Assembly (NCBI RefSeq): GCF_009914755.1
Contig: NC_060947.1
Reading direction: 5' to 3' (one strand)
Length of the DNA stretch: 64,000 bases
Origin: the human T2T-CHM13v2.0 reference genome, Homo sapiens
Made by a program: the position numbers and the translations under genes. This document shows positions 40,453 through 52,299 of the stretch, in pieces (positions within the stretch are counted from its first letter, which is position 1; each line of letters begins with the position of its first letter). The notes below the pieces were generated by a model. It did no database searches, had not been told where the DNA came from, and worked only from the letters and a program-made list of their open reading frames with translations.

Positions 40453-43400
40453 CTCACATTTTCTTTATTCACTCATTAGTTGATGGGCACTTAGGTTGGT
40501 TCTATATCTTTGCAATTGTGAATTGTGTTACTGTGAACATGTGTGTGCATGTGTCTTTTTAATATAATGGCTTTTCCTTTGGGCAGATACCCAGTAGTAG
40601 GATTGCTGGATTCAATGGTAAATCTACTTTTAGTTCTTTAAGTAATCTCCATACTGTCTTCCATAGAGATTGCACTAATTTACATTCCCACCAGCAGTGT
40701 AAAAGTGTTCCCTTTTCACCACATCTATGCCAATATCAATTGTTTTTTGACTTTTTAATTATGGCCATTCTTGCAGGAGTAAGGTGTTACCTTACTGTGC
40801 TTTTAATTTGCATTTCGTTGATGATTAGTGATGTTGAGTATTTTTTCATGTTTGTTGGATGATTGTGTATCTTTTCTTGGGAAATATCTAATCAATCTTC
40901 TTTTGAGAAATGTCTATTCATGTCCATTGCCCACTTTTTGATGGGATTATTTGTTTTGTTCTTGCTGATTTGTTTGAGTTCCTTGTAGATTCTGGATACT
41001 AGTCCTTTGTCAGATGCATAGTTTGCAAATATTTTCTCCCACTCTGTGGGTTGTCTGTTTACTCTGACTATTTTTTTTATTTTTTTTCTGTACAGAAGCT
41101 TTCTAGTTTAATTATGCCCCATTTATTTTTGTTTTTGTTGCATTTGCTTTTGGAGTCATGAATTATTTGCATAGACAAATGTCCAGAAGAGTTTTTCCAA
41201 TGTTATCTTGTAGAATTTTTATAATTTCAGGTCTTAGATTTAAGTGTTTGATCCATCTTGAGTTGATTTTTATATAAGGTGAAAGACGGGGATCCAGTTT
41301 CATTCTTCTACATGTGGCTTGCCAATTTTCCCAGCACCATTTATTGTGTAATTTGTATGCTTTGCCGAAGATCAGTTGGCTGTAAGTATTTGGCTTTATT
41401 TTTGGGTTTTCTATTCTGTTCCATTGGTCTAAATGCCTATTTTTATACCAGTACCGTGCTGTTTTGGTAACTATAGCCTTGTATTAATAGTGTAATTTGA
41501 AGTCTGGTGATGTGATACCTGCAGATTTGTTCTTTTTGCTTAGTATCGCTTTGGCTATTCAGACTCTTTTTTTGGTTCCATATGAATTTGAGGATTGTTT
41601 TTTCTAGTTCTGTGAAAAATGATGATGGTATTTTGATGGGAATTGTATTGAATCTGTAGATTGCTTTGGGAAGTGTGGTCATTTTCACAGTATTGTTTCT
41701 TCCTATCCGTGAGCATGAGGTGTGTTTCCATTTGTTTGTGTCATCTATGATTTCTTTCAGTAGTGTTTTTTAGTTTTCCTTGTAAAGATGTTTCACCTCC
41801 TAAAATATCCTAGATATTTTACTTTTTTGCAGTTGTTGTAAAAGGCATTGAGTTCTCGATTTGATTCTCAGCTTGGTGGTTGTTGGTGTGTAGCAGTGCT
41901 ACTGATTTGTGTACATTGATTTTGTAACCTGAGACTTTACTGAATTTGTTTATCAGATCTAGGAGTCTTTTGGATGAGTCTTTGGAATTTTCTAAGTATA
42001 CATTTGTATCATCAGCAAACAGCAATAGTTTGACTTCCTCTTTTCCCATTCTGATGCTCTTTATTTCCTTCTCTTGCCTAATTGATCTGGCTAGGAGTGG
42101 TGAAAGTGGAGATCCTTGTCTCACTCCAGTTCTCGGAGGAATGCTTTCAACTTTTCTGCATTCAGTGTGATGTTGTCTATGGGTTTGTTATATATGGCTT
42201 TTATTATTTTGAGGTAAGTCCCTTCTATGCCTAGTTCGTTGGCGTTTTTATCATAAAGGAATGTTGGATTTTACTGAAAACCTTTTCTGTGTCTATTGAA
42301 ATGACCATATGGTTTTTATTTTTGATTCTGTTTATGTGATGTATCACATTTATTGACTCACTTATTGTTAAACCATCCTTACATTGGTGGGATGAAACCC
42401 ACTTGGTTATTATGTATTATCTTCCTCGTGTGCTGTTGGATTTGGTTAGCTAGTATTTTGTTGAGGATTTTTGCATTCATGTTCATCAGAGATATTGGTC
42501 TGTAGTTTTCTTTTTTTTTTTTTGTGTCCTTTCCTGGTTTTGGTGTTAGGGTGATATTGGCTTCATAGAATGATTTAGGGAGGATTTCCTCTTTCTCTAT
42601 CTTTTGGAATAGCCTCAGTAGGATTGGTACCTATTCTTTGAATGTTTGGTAGAACTCAGCTGTGAATCCATCTGATCCTGAACTTTTTTTACTGGCTTTT
42701 TTTTTTTTATTACTGATTCAATCTTCTTGTTATTGGTCTGTTCAGGGTTTCAGTTTCTTCCTGATTTAGTCTAGGAGGGTTGTATGTTTCCAGGAATTTA
42801 TTCATTTTTTTCTGGATTTTCTAGTTTGTGTGTGTAAAGGTGTTCATAGTGGTCTTGAATGGTCTTTTGTATTCTGTGGTATTGGTTGTAATGTCTCGTT
42901 TCCTTTCTAATTGAGCTTATTTGGATCTTCTCTTTTCTTGGTTAATCTTGCTAATGGTCTGTCAATTTTATTTCTCTTTCCAAGAGCCAGCTTCTTGTTT
43001 CATTTATCTTTTATATATTTTTTGGTTTCAATTTCATTTAGTTCTGCTCTGATCTTTGTTATTTCTTTTCTTCTGCTGGGTTTGGGTTGAATTTTTTCTA
43101 GTTTCTCTGGTTCCTTGAGGTGTGACATTAGGTTGTCAATTTGTGCTCTTGCAGACTTTTTGATGTAGGCATTTAACACTATGAACTTTCCTCTTAGTGC
43201 TGCTTTTGCTGTATCCCAGAGGTTTTGATAACTTGTGTCACTATTATTCATTTCAAAGAATTTTTAAAATTTCCATCTTGATTTCATTGTTAACCCCCAA
43301 ATCATTCAAGAGCAAATTATTCAATTTCCATGTATTTGTATAGTTTTGAGCGTTCCTTTTGGAGTTGATTTCTAGTTTTATTCCACTATGGTCTGAGAAT

Positions 43401-44102
43401 ATACCTGATAGGATCTCACTTTTCTTGAATTTATTGAGACTTGTTTTGTGTCCTATCATATGATCTATTTTGGAGAATGTTCCATGTGCTGATGAGAAGA
43501 ATATATATTCTGCAGTTCTTGGGAAGAATATTCTGCAAATATCCATTAAGTCCATTTGTTCTAGAGTATAATTTAAGTCCATTGTTTCTTTGTTGACTTT
43601 CTGTTTCACTGATCTTTCTAGTTCTGTCAGTGGAGTACTGAAGTACCCCACTATTATTGTTTTGTTGTCTATCTCATTTCTTAGGTCCAGTAGTAATTGT
43701 TTTATAAATCTGGGAGCTCCAGTGTTAGTTGCATGTAAATTTAGGTTTGTAATATCTTCTTGTTGGATTGAGTTTTTAAATTATTACATAATGACCTTCT
43801 TTGTCTTTTTTAATTGTTTTTGCTTTAAAGTCTATTTTGTCTGATGTAAGAATAGCTACTCCTGCTTGCTTTTGGTTCCCATTTGCATGGGATATCTTTT
43901 TGTGCTTTTTTACCTTGAGTTTATTTAAGTCCTTATGTGTTAGGTGAGTCTGTTGAAGCCAGCAGATAATTTGATTTGTTGATTTTTTTATCCATTCTTC
44001 CATTCTGTATCTTTCAAGTGGAGCATTTAGGCCATTTATGTTCAACATTAATATTGAGATGTGAGATACTGACCTATTCATCATGTTAGTTGTTACCTAC
44101 TT

Positions 44103-44141
<39 letters not shown>
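44103..44141. repeat. (TG)n microsatellite in the L1 inter-ORF region
   Basis: tgtgtgcgtgtg..., about 19 units. Confidence 0.95.
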
Positions 44142-44142
<1 letters not shown>

Positions 44143-44699
44143 GTTGTTTTATAGGCTTTGTGAGTTTTATGCTTTCAGGAGGTTTTATTTTGGTGCATAT
44201 TAAGCTTGTGTTTCAAGATTTAGAACTCCTTTTAGCATTTCTTGTAGTCCTGGTTTGCTAGCGGCAAATTCCCTCAGCATTTGTTTGTCTGAAAAAGACT
44301 TTATTTCTTCTTCATTTATGAAACAGTTTTGCTGGATACAAAATTGTTGGCTGACAGTTGTCCTGCTTAAGGTGCCTAAAGACAGGACCCTAAACCATTC
44401 TAGCTTGTAAAGTTTCTGCTGAGTATTCTGTTTTAAAAATGACTATGACTTTCTGTGGAGGCTTTCTTCTCCTTTCCCTTTAAGGTCAGAAATTAAAAAA
44501 AAACTGAGGCAAACAAACAATACCTCTGTAGTCTCAAAATAATGAAAATGAAAAAAAAGTTTCTTTAGCAATTAAGTAAGGAATCATATCAATTAACTCC
44601 TCCTTTTCTGATAAAAAGTCTATACCATGAAATAAGTTTCTCTACTATAGCTCTACAGGGTTAGGATTTTAGCAAGTATGCTACGATTCTGGACTATGA

Positions 44700-47600
44700 A
44701 GAGCCAGCAAAATTTTTCTGTAAATAATCACACAATAAGTATTTCCAGCTTTGTGGGCCATGAATTTTCTCTTCCCTGCACCCAGCTTTATTTGTGTATA
44801 ATTGACAAATAAAAATTGTATGTATTTATGGTATACAGCGTGATGCTTTGATATACATATACATTGTCAAATGATTATGACAATCAGGCTAATTAACATA
44901 TCTTTTGTCTCACATAGTTACCATATTTTTGGGGTGAGAATATTTTAAGATTTACTTTCAGGAAATTTCAAGTATACAATACAGCATTGTTAACTATAGT
45001 CACAATGCTGTACATTAGATCATCAGAACTTATTCATCCTGCATAACTGAAATGTATTCCTCTGCATAACTGAGTATCTTTTGACCAACATTCCCCCAAG
45101 TCTTCAGTCTCTGGTAACCACCATTCTACTCTCTGCTTCTACGAGTTCAACTTTTTTAGATTCCTCATGTAAGTGAGATAATGCAATATTTGTTTTTCTG
45201 TGCCTGGCTTGTTTTACTTGGCATGATGTCCTCAAGATTAATCCATATTGTCACAAATGACAGGATTTTTTTTAAGGCTGAATAATATTCCACTGATGTA
45301 CATATACCACATTTTCATTATTTATTCATCCACTGATGGACACTTAGGTTGATAACCTCTCTTCGCTATTGTGAATGATGCTTCAATGAACATGGGAGCA
45401 CAGACATCACTTTGAGATACTGATTTCATATATTTTGGATATATACCCAGAAGTGGGATTGCTGGATCATATGGTAGTTCTATTTTTATTTTTTAAAGGA
45501 ATCTCCATCCTGTTTTCTATAATGGCTGTACCAATTTATGTTCCCAGCAACAGTGCACAAGGGTTCCCTTTTCTCCACATCTTTGCTGATTCTTATCTTT
45601 TGTCATTTTGCCAATGCTTATCTTTTGTCATTTTGATAATAACCATGATAACAGGTGTGAGATGATATCTCATTGTTGTTTGATTTGCATTTCTTTGATG
45701 ATTAATAATGAACATTTTTTCATATACCTGTTGGTCATTTGTATGTCTTCTTTTGAGAAATGTCTATTGAATTTCTTTGCCTATTTTTAATTGAGTTATT
45801 TGTTTCATTTCCATTGAGTTTGAGTTTCTTGTATATTTTGAATATGAATCCCTTAACAGATGCATGGTTTATAAATATTTTCTCCCATTTTGTAAGTTGT
45901 TTTATCACTGTTGATTGTTTCCTTTCTTGAGCATAAGCTATTTAGTTTGATATAATCCCACGTATTTATTTTTGCTTTTGTTGCCTGTGCTTTTGGTGTC
46001 ATAATAAAAAAAAAATCATTGTCCAGACTGTTTTACAGTATCAGGTCTTACATTTAAGACTTTATTCCATTTTAAGTTTTTTTTTAATATATAGGGTAAG
46101 ATAAGCGTCCAATTTCATTCTCCTGCCTATGTATGTTCAGTTTTCCCAACACCATTTATTGAACACGTGGTTCTTTCCTCATTATATGTTCTTGTCACCT
46201 TTGTCAAAGATCAATTGACCAAAACGCATGGATTTATTTCTGGGATCTCTTATTCTATTGATTTGTATGTCTGTTTTTATGCCAGTATGGTGCTATTTTG
46301 GTTACTATAGCTTTGTAGCATGTTGTGAAATCAGATAGTATGATATATCCAGATTTGTTTTTTAGTCTCAAGATTGCTTTGGTTATTCAGGGTCTTTTGC
46401 AGTTGCGTATGAATTTTATACTTTTTTTTTATGTTTATGTGAAGAATGATATTTGGAATTTTGATAGGGATTACATTGAATCTGTAGATTATTTTGGGTA
46501 GTATGGACTTGTTAACAACATTCTTTGAATCCATGAACACAGAATATTTTTTCATTTATTTGTGACTTCAGTTTTTTTCATCAATGTTTCATAGATTTCA
46601 ATGTGCAGAAGTTTTACCTCCTTGGTTAAATTTGTTCCTAAGTATTTTATTTTTTGATACAATTATAAATGGGATTGTTTTCTTAATTTCCTTTTTGGAT
46701 AGTTCATTGTGTGTATAGAAACACAACTGATTTTTGTATGCTGATTTTGTATTTTGTAACTTTACTGAATTTGCTTATTATAGTAGTTTTTTGATGGAGT
46801 CTTTAGGGTTTTCTATATATAAGAGTATGTTATTGGCACATGGATAATTTTACTTTTTCATTTCTGATTTGGATGCCTCATATTTCTTTTTATGGCCCAC
46901 TTGCTCTGGCTAAGTCTTCTGGTACAATATTGAGTAGAACTGGCAAGAGTGGGCTTCCTTGTTTTGTTCCTGATCTTTGAGGAAAAGCTTTCAACTTCTT
47001 AACATTGAGTATGTTAGTCTATAAGCTTATCATATATGGCCTTTGTTGTGTTGAGATACATTTCTCCTGTATTTAATTTGTAGAGAGCTTTTTAAAAATC
47101 ATAAATGAATGTTGAATTACATGGAATGCTTTTTCTGTACTATTAAGATAACCATATAATTTTAATCTTACATTCTGTTAATTTGATGTATCAAACTGTA
47201 CATATTGAACCAGCTATGTACCTCAGGGATAACTCCCACTTGATCATAGCATATAATTCTTTTAATATGCTGTTGAATTAGGTTTGCTAGTATTTTATTT
47301 AGGATTTTTTACGTCTTTGTTTACCAGGGATGTTGGCCTGTGATTTTCTTTTCTTGTAGTGTCCTTGTTTGCCTTTGATATCAGGGTAATGCTGGCCTTA
47401 TAAAATTAGTTTGGAAGTGTTCCCTATTGTTCAATTTTTTTTTTGGAAGCCTTTGAGAAAGATTGACATTTATTCTACTTTAAATGTTTGTTAGAGTTTG
47501 CCAGCATAGCCATCAGGTCCAGGACTTTTTCTCTGTTAGGAGGTTTTGATTACTGATTTCATCTCCTTACTCTTTATTGGTCTCTTCATAGTTTCAATTT

Positions 47601-48205
47601 TTTCATGATTCAGTCTTGTAGGATGTATGTTTCTGGGAATTTATCCATTTCTTTTAGGTTATCCAATTTGTGTATAATTGTTTATAGTAGTCTCTTATGA
47701 TCCTTTGTATTTCTTTGTTATTAGTCGTAATGTCTCCTCTTATATTTTTAATTTCACTTATCTGAGAGTCATCTCTCATTTTCCCATAGTATAACTAAAG
47801 ATTTGTCAATGTTGTCTTTCAAAAAAATCAAATCTTAGTTTTGCTTGGGTCCGTGGGGGCAGGCCTGGACTCTTATTTGCTGGAGCCTAAGGCTATGGTG
47901 GCTGGCCTGGCACTGGGGAAAGCTCAAAGCCTTGTTCCATTGGGATTGGCCCAGAGCCTGACTCTGCAGGGAGCAGGCTGGAGCTGGGGTGGGCCTGGAG
48001 TCAGGATTTATAGGGGTATTCCTAGAGCCTGTGGTATGGACCAGATGTTTTTTGTCTCAACTACTCAACTCTGCTGTTGCAGTGCAACAGGAGTCTTAGA
48101 CAATATGGGAACAAATAAGTATGGCTGTGTTCCCATAAACCTTTATGTGCATAAACAAGTGGCAGGCTGGATTTGACCCATGGGTTATAGTTTGATCATC
48201 CCCAC
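44700..48205 (+). mobile_element. MER58A hAT-Charlie MITE split by an L1MA
   Basis: 5' half cagcaaaatttttctgtaaa...gctttgtgggcca (44700-44770) and 3' half caactactcaactctgc...gtatggctgtgttccc...gctggatttgacccatggg...tagtttg (48040-48205). Confidence 0.8.
44783..48032 (-). mobile_element. L1MA-type LINE-1 (3' UTR plus ORF2 to about 47840, then a GC-rich piece that is probably 5' UTR)
   Basis: cagctttatttgtgtataattgacaaataaaaattgta 3' end and ORF2 remnants (ILPKIIYRFNVIPIKIP). 47841-48032 contains ggctggcctgg/ggagcct repeats. Confidence 0.88.
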
Positions 48206-48383
48206 AGTATACATAATAAAAATTTAAACACATGGCAGTTAATAGTTATTTCCATTTGATTTTCTAATTTCAAAAGATGTTTCATACACATTCCATGTTA
48301 TATTTACAGATACTCTGATTATGTCGTGCATATAATGATGAAATGTTGCAAAGTGTGTTTGAAGGAATAAGTGGAGAAACAAG

Positions 48384-48490
48384 TTTCATATATGGAACAG
48401 ATACAATGTTCCATATATGGAAGTACCTACATCCATTAAGTGGATACTTAATGAGGAAGAAAGTCCCTTTAAGTTCTTATTTTTATCACT
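48384..48490. promoter_or_regulatory. Candidate SRF (CArG) / NKX2-5 / GATA motif cluster
   Basis: Perfect CArG CCATATATGG at 48411-48420, 9/10 CArG TCATATATGG at 48386-48395, TTAAGTG at 48436-48442, TTATCA at 48483-48488. Function untested. Confidence 0.3.
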
Positions 48491-49313
48491 CAGCTAAAAT
48501 AACAACTTCTCAATGATGCAGACTCTTGAGACATTTGACTTATACTACGAGCAACCTTTTATCTTTCTCCAAACCCAGTAAGTTTGGACTCATGATTGTT
48601 TTCACTTTTCTAGAGAACATTATTGGTCAAACTACAAGTTGGTTGGGAAAATACCAGATATTAACTTTTCAATTAATATCTGACAAGATAACAATTTCTT
48701 ATATTTATGTAGAATTTTTCAAGTTTACAAAGTTATTTCATATAGATTATTTTATTTTATCCTCAAATACCCAGCAAAGGGAACAAAAAATGAAAAATAA
48801 TAAGACATTGCATTTTTATTTCCCCCCTTACCTCAAGGAGTTATAGATTTGGATAAAATAAATAAAAAAAGAATAAAAATGCCCACTCAATATTGTTTCT
48901 TATCTGCTCAGGAGAATTTATAGTAATACTGATGCCTTCTAGATCAAAAGCAAAAGAACAAGGTCCGCTTAGGGCAGAACCAAGTCACTGACCTGTCACT
49001 CTCGCATGTCATTCTAATCTAAGTAGGATTCAACTTCTGACCTGTGAGAAAGAGGTCTCAAAGTTTTTGATGAAAGTTATTTTCAGTAGCATCCAAGTTA
49101 GTAGCTGCTGAAACAAATCCAAACTAACAATTGGAAAAAAACCCATATGAGAACCCACCAATAAAAAGGTAAAGAAAATAAAGGGATGAAGGGTTTCTAA
49201 ATTGGTTAGTCATGGAAAATCAAGTCTGATAGCTCTTTTCAGATCTATAATAGATATGAAACAACATTTTAAGGATAAACCTTATGTTACTTTTCCTTTC
49301 AGTCATTTAAAAT

Positions 49314-49340
49314 CACACACACACACATACACACACACAC
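49314..49340. repeat. (CA)n microsatellite
   Basis: cacacacacacacatacacacacacac. Confidence 0.9.
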
Positions 49341-50274
49341 TTACTGAATACTTGGAATACATGAATGAATACAAATGAATAATTGGAAACATGATTGAAT
49401 AGGTCAAAAATAAAATCTAGTATGCAATAATTTGCTCCTGCAGAGAAAGGTGTAAAAGTTCATGTATTGAAAAACCTGCATGAATCAGGAAGGCTATGAC
49501 TTATTTTGATGCCAGTTTCTGACTCTGCAGAAGTGGCCAGATTAGAAAGTGATGCTGCAATCACAGAACTCAACCAATCGGATCCATGAGCCAGTGAGTA
49601 GAAATCTAGAACAGAAATCTCAAGGCTAAGAATCACCTTAAGAATTGGAAGAGCTCTAAAAGTCCCCTTGATTTATCAAATGTCAGAAAAATGATAGTGT
49701 AATTTTTTTTATTTCCTTCAAAACAACATAAATTAAATGGTGCAAATTACTGGCTTTTGTTAATAACAAAGAAAAGCATGCCTGTTGATGGCAACCATAC
49801 AAAAGAGGTAAAAATAATGAACCCCAGTGTGAAATTAACAGTAAAGAAAGTGAAGGTTGAGGGCTGAAAAATTACTGATGGTGTTCTGATACAGACCCAG
49901 GGAAAGTTAGGAAAGAAGTCTCAAATAATGAAGTGGGGTACCACCTGATGGCAAACCTATAGCAAGTGGGAATAAGAGGCTAATAGGAGAGGACAAGTAG
50001 TGCCAAAGTAACGGATTCATATATTATTGAATGCACTAGTAGAAGAAAACTGAGAATGGGTGTGGGCCTAGCAAGTGGGAACAGATGAAAGAAGAAAAAA
50101 TGAAAAGCAAATAAATGGAAGGATTGAGAAAACCAAAATGAAATATATTAGATATATTCAATGAATTGTTTTTTATGGAAAACAAATATTTCGTAAAAGC
50201 TTACTGCAAAAATATTCTATTTTATCATATTTTCCTTGCTGTTGTGAAACCATGTATATAGATTTAGTACGATT

Positions 50275-50480
50275 GCTAATAAGAACAACTAAGGTTTATT
50301 GAGCACTTACCATGTGGCAGATAAATTCATTTGTTTGTATTAATTTGTATTGTAATCACATGGGGAGGTATGTTATTTCTTTATTTTATAAAGAAACTGG
50401 GACGCAGGAGGTAAAATAACTTCTTCAAGGCTGTTTTTAAATCAGGAGTCCTGGCTTCAGAGACTCCATTCTATTAACTT
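50275..50480 (-). mobile_element. MIR
   Basis: tttattgagcacttaccatgtggcag...gaaactgggacgcaggaggtaaaataactt...ctggcttcagagact. Confidence 0.75.
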
Positions 50481-50749
50481 ACACTTTAATTTGGCTCTTT
50501 GTTTGTTTGTTTTCTTTTTGTTTTTTTGTTTTGTTTTTTTGTTTTTTAGAAATGCAGAATTGTTGTTTCAATTTGTGTTTAAAATGTCAGGGTGAACAAG
50601 CATTTACTTCCTGTTTCCCTGAAATCCCTGTTAAATAAGAATAGAGAGATACAAAATAAGATAAGACCACAAAGACAAACAGAATAGTGGAGAAGATACA
50701 AGAAAATGTTGGCAGCTGGAAAGCAGGATGATTGGTAACTGACTTAATC

Positions 50750-50856
50750 TATGTTAATTAGCCTGATTTAATCATTCCACAATGTGTATATATGTAAGAA
50801 CACCACAATGTACCCCTTAAATATATACATTATTATTTGTCAATTAAAAATATATC
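50750..50856 (+). mobile_element. Short L1MA 3' terminal fragment
   Basis: tatgttaattagcctgatttaatcattccacaatgt...aatgtacccc...tatttgtcaattaaaaat. Confidence 0.8.
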
Positions 50857-51264
50857 TTAAAGCAAAGAAAGAGAGTGCAAGAGCACTGAATCCTTATTTG
50901 GCAAAGGGGGAAGGTGATAAACACATTTATACCTCTGGACCCCCAAAAATCAGGATTAGTGATACCTCTGAAAGTGAAGGGTGAAGGAAGGGTTGAAAAA
51001 CAGAAGGACAGGATCTAATTCTGTTTGAGAAGCAGTTAGATCCCCCATGCCCATCTTCTATCTTGATATAATTCTGGAGTTTTATTCTTAGAAGTAAAGA
51101 AGAAGACCCCCATTTTTCTCATCAGGGGGGTTTGGTTAAATTTCTTAGTCTACCATTACCTAGAAGAGAAACTTATAGTCTACTATTAACAGAACAACCA
51201 GACAGATCTTGAGAAAATGACTTCCTGCATAACCAGAAGTAAGAGCCAAAGTTTTTAGAATAAC

Positions 51265-52295
51265 CTACACTACATGATCTGTCCCCTGTCCTCTCCTGCC
51301 CACCTTCACTCCCCATCCTAACCCCCACCCTGGCTCCAGAATTTCCTCTTTGATATTATTACCTGTTACGTCCCTCACTCATTCCACTGTAGTCACACGA
51401 GACTTCTTGTTCTTCCTCAAACATGGAGACCATTCCCTCCTTGTGTCATTTACTTGGTCTCTTTTCTCTACCTGGATATTTTTGCTTCCTTTAGATATCT
51501 GTAAAGCTCATTTCCTCACTTCCGTAATCTATTTAATCAAATTTCATCTTTTCAGGAAGACTTTCCCTGACCAATAGATCTAAAATTGCAACTTTTCCCA
51601 ACTGTCGTTTTCAAGCCTCTGAGCCCAAGCTAAGCCATCATATCCCCTTTGACCTGCAGGAATACATCCAGATGGCCTGAAGCAAGTGAAGAATCACAAA
51701 AGAAGTGAAAATGGCCGGTTCCTGCCATAACTGATGACATTACCTTGTGAAATTCCTTCTTCTGGCTCAGAAGCTCCCCAACTGAGCACCTTGTGACCCC
51801 CACCCCTGCCCACCAGGGAACAACCGCCTTTGACTGTAATTTTCCACTACCTACCCAAATCCTATAAAATGGCCCCACCCCTATCTCCCTTCCCTGACTC
51901 TCTTTTCGGACTCAGCCTGCCTGCACCCAGGTGATTAAAAAGTTTTATTCCTCACACAAAGCCTGTTTGGTGGTCTCTTCACACGGACGCACATGACATC
52001 CGTATCCTTTCTTATTTATTCTTTAGTTAAGCATCCTATTTAACCTCCCTGTACCTTAGATTCCTTACATGTAAAAAAGGAAAATAACAAAATCTGCTTC
52101 ATGTATCTTGTTTATTGTTTGTCTAGCATCCTATACATTTTACTTTACTTATCCTTTTGCTTGTTTACCCAGTAGAATGTCAGCTCCTCCAGGACAGGGA
52201 TTTTTACATTTGCTTTTTTCACTCTTGTATCTTATAGCATTTACAACAGTGCCTGATATATAGGAATTGCTCAACAGTTATTGATATATAAATGA
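51265..52295 (+). mobile_element. L2a 3' region, interrupted by LTR7 and a MIR fragment
   Basis: ctacatgatctgtcccctg...ggaagactttccctgacca... then tagaatgtcagctcc...aggacagggat...acagtgcctgatatatagg. Confidence 0.75.
51609..51998 (+). mobile_element. LTR7-family (HERVH) solo LTR
   Basis: gcctctgagcccaagctaagccatcatatcccc...catccagatggcctgaag...cctataaaa (TATA)...gtgattaaaa...cacacaaagcctgtttggtggtctcttcacacggacgcacatgaca. Confidence 0.95.
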
Positions 52296-52299
52296 AAGG

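Larger units (their letters stand above)
39999..44423 (-). mobile_element. L1PB-type LINE-1, 5'-truncated within ORF1, ORF2 disrupted
   Basis: ORF2 endonuclease and RT fragments in the ORF track ([34 protein letters not shown]). Exact 12-bp TSD tattctgtttta at 39987-39998 and 44424-44435. Confidence 0.95.

Noticed and set aside
41443-44084. RT- and endonuclease-like ORFs (also 60535-63087)
   Set aside because: Fragmented ORF2/ORF1 remnants of dead L1PB and L1MA copies, not an active or novel reverse transcriptase system.
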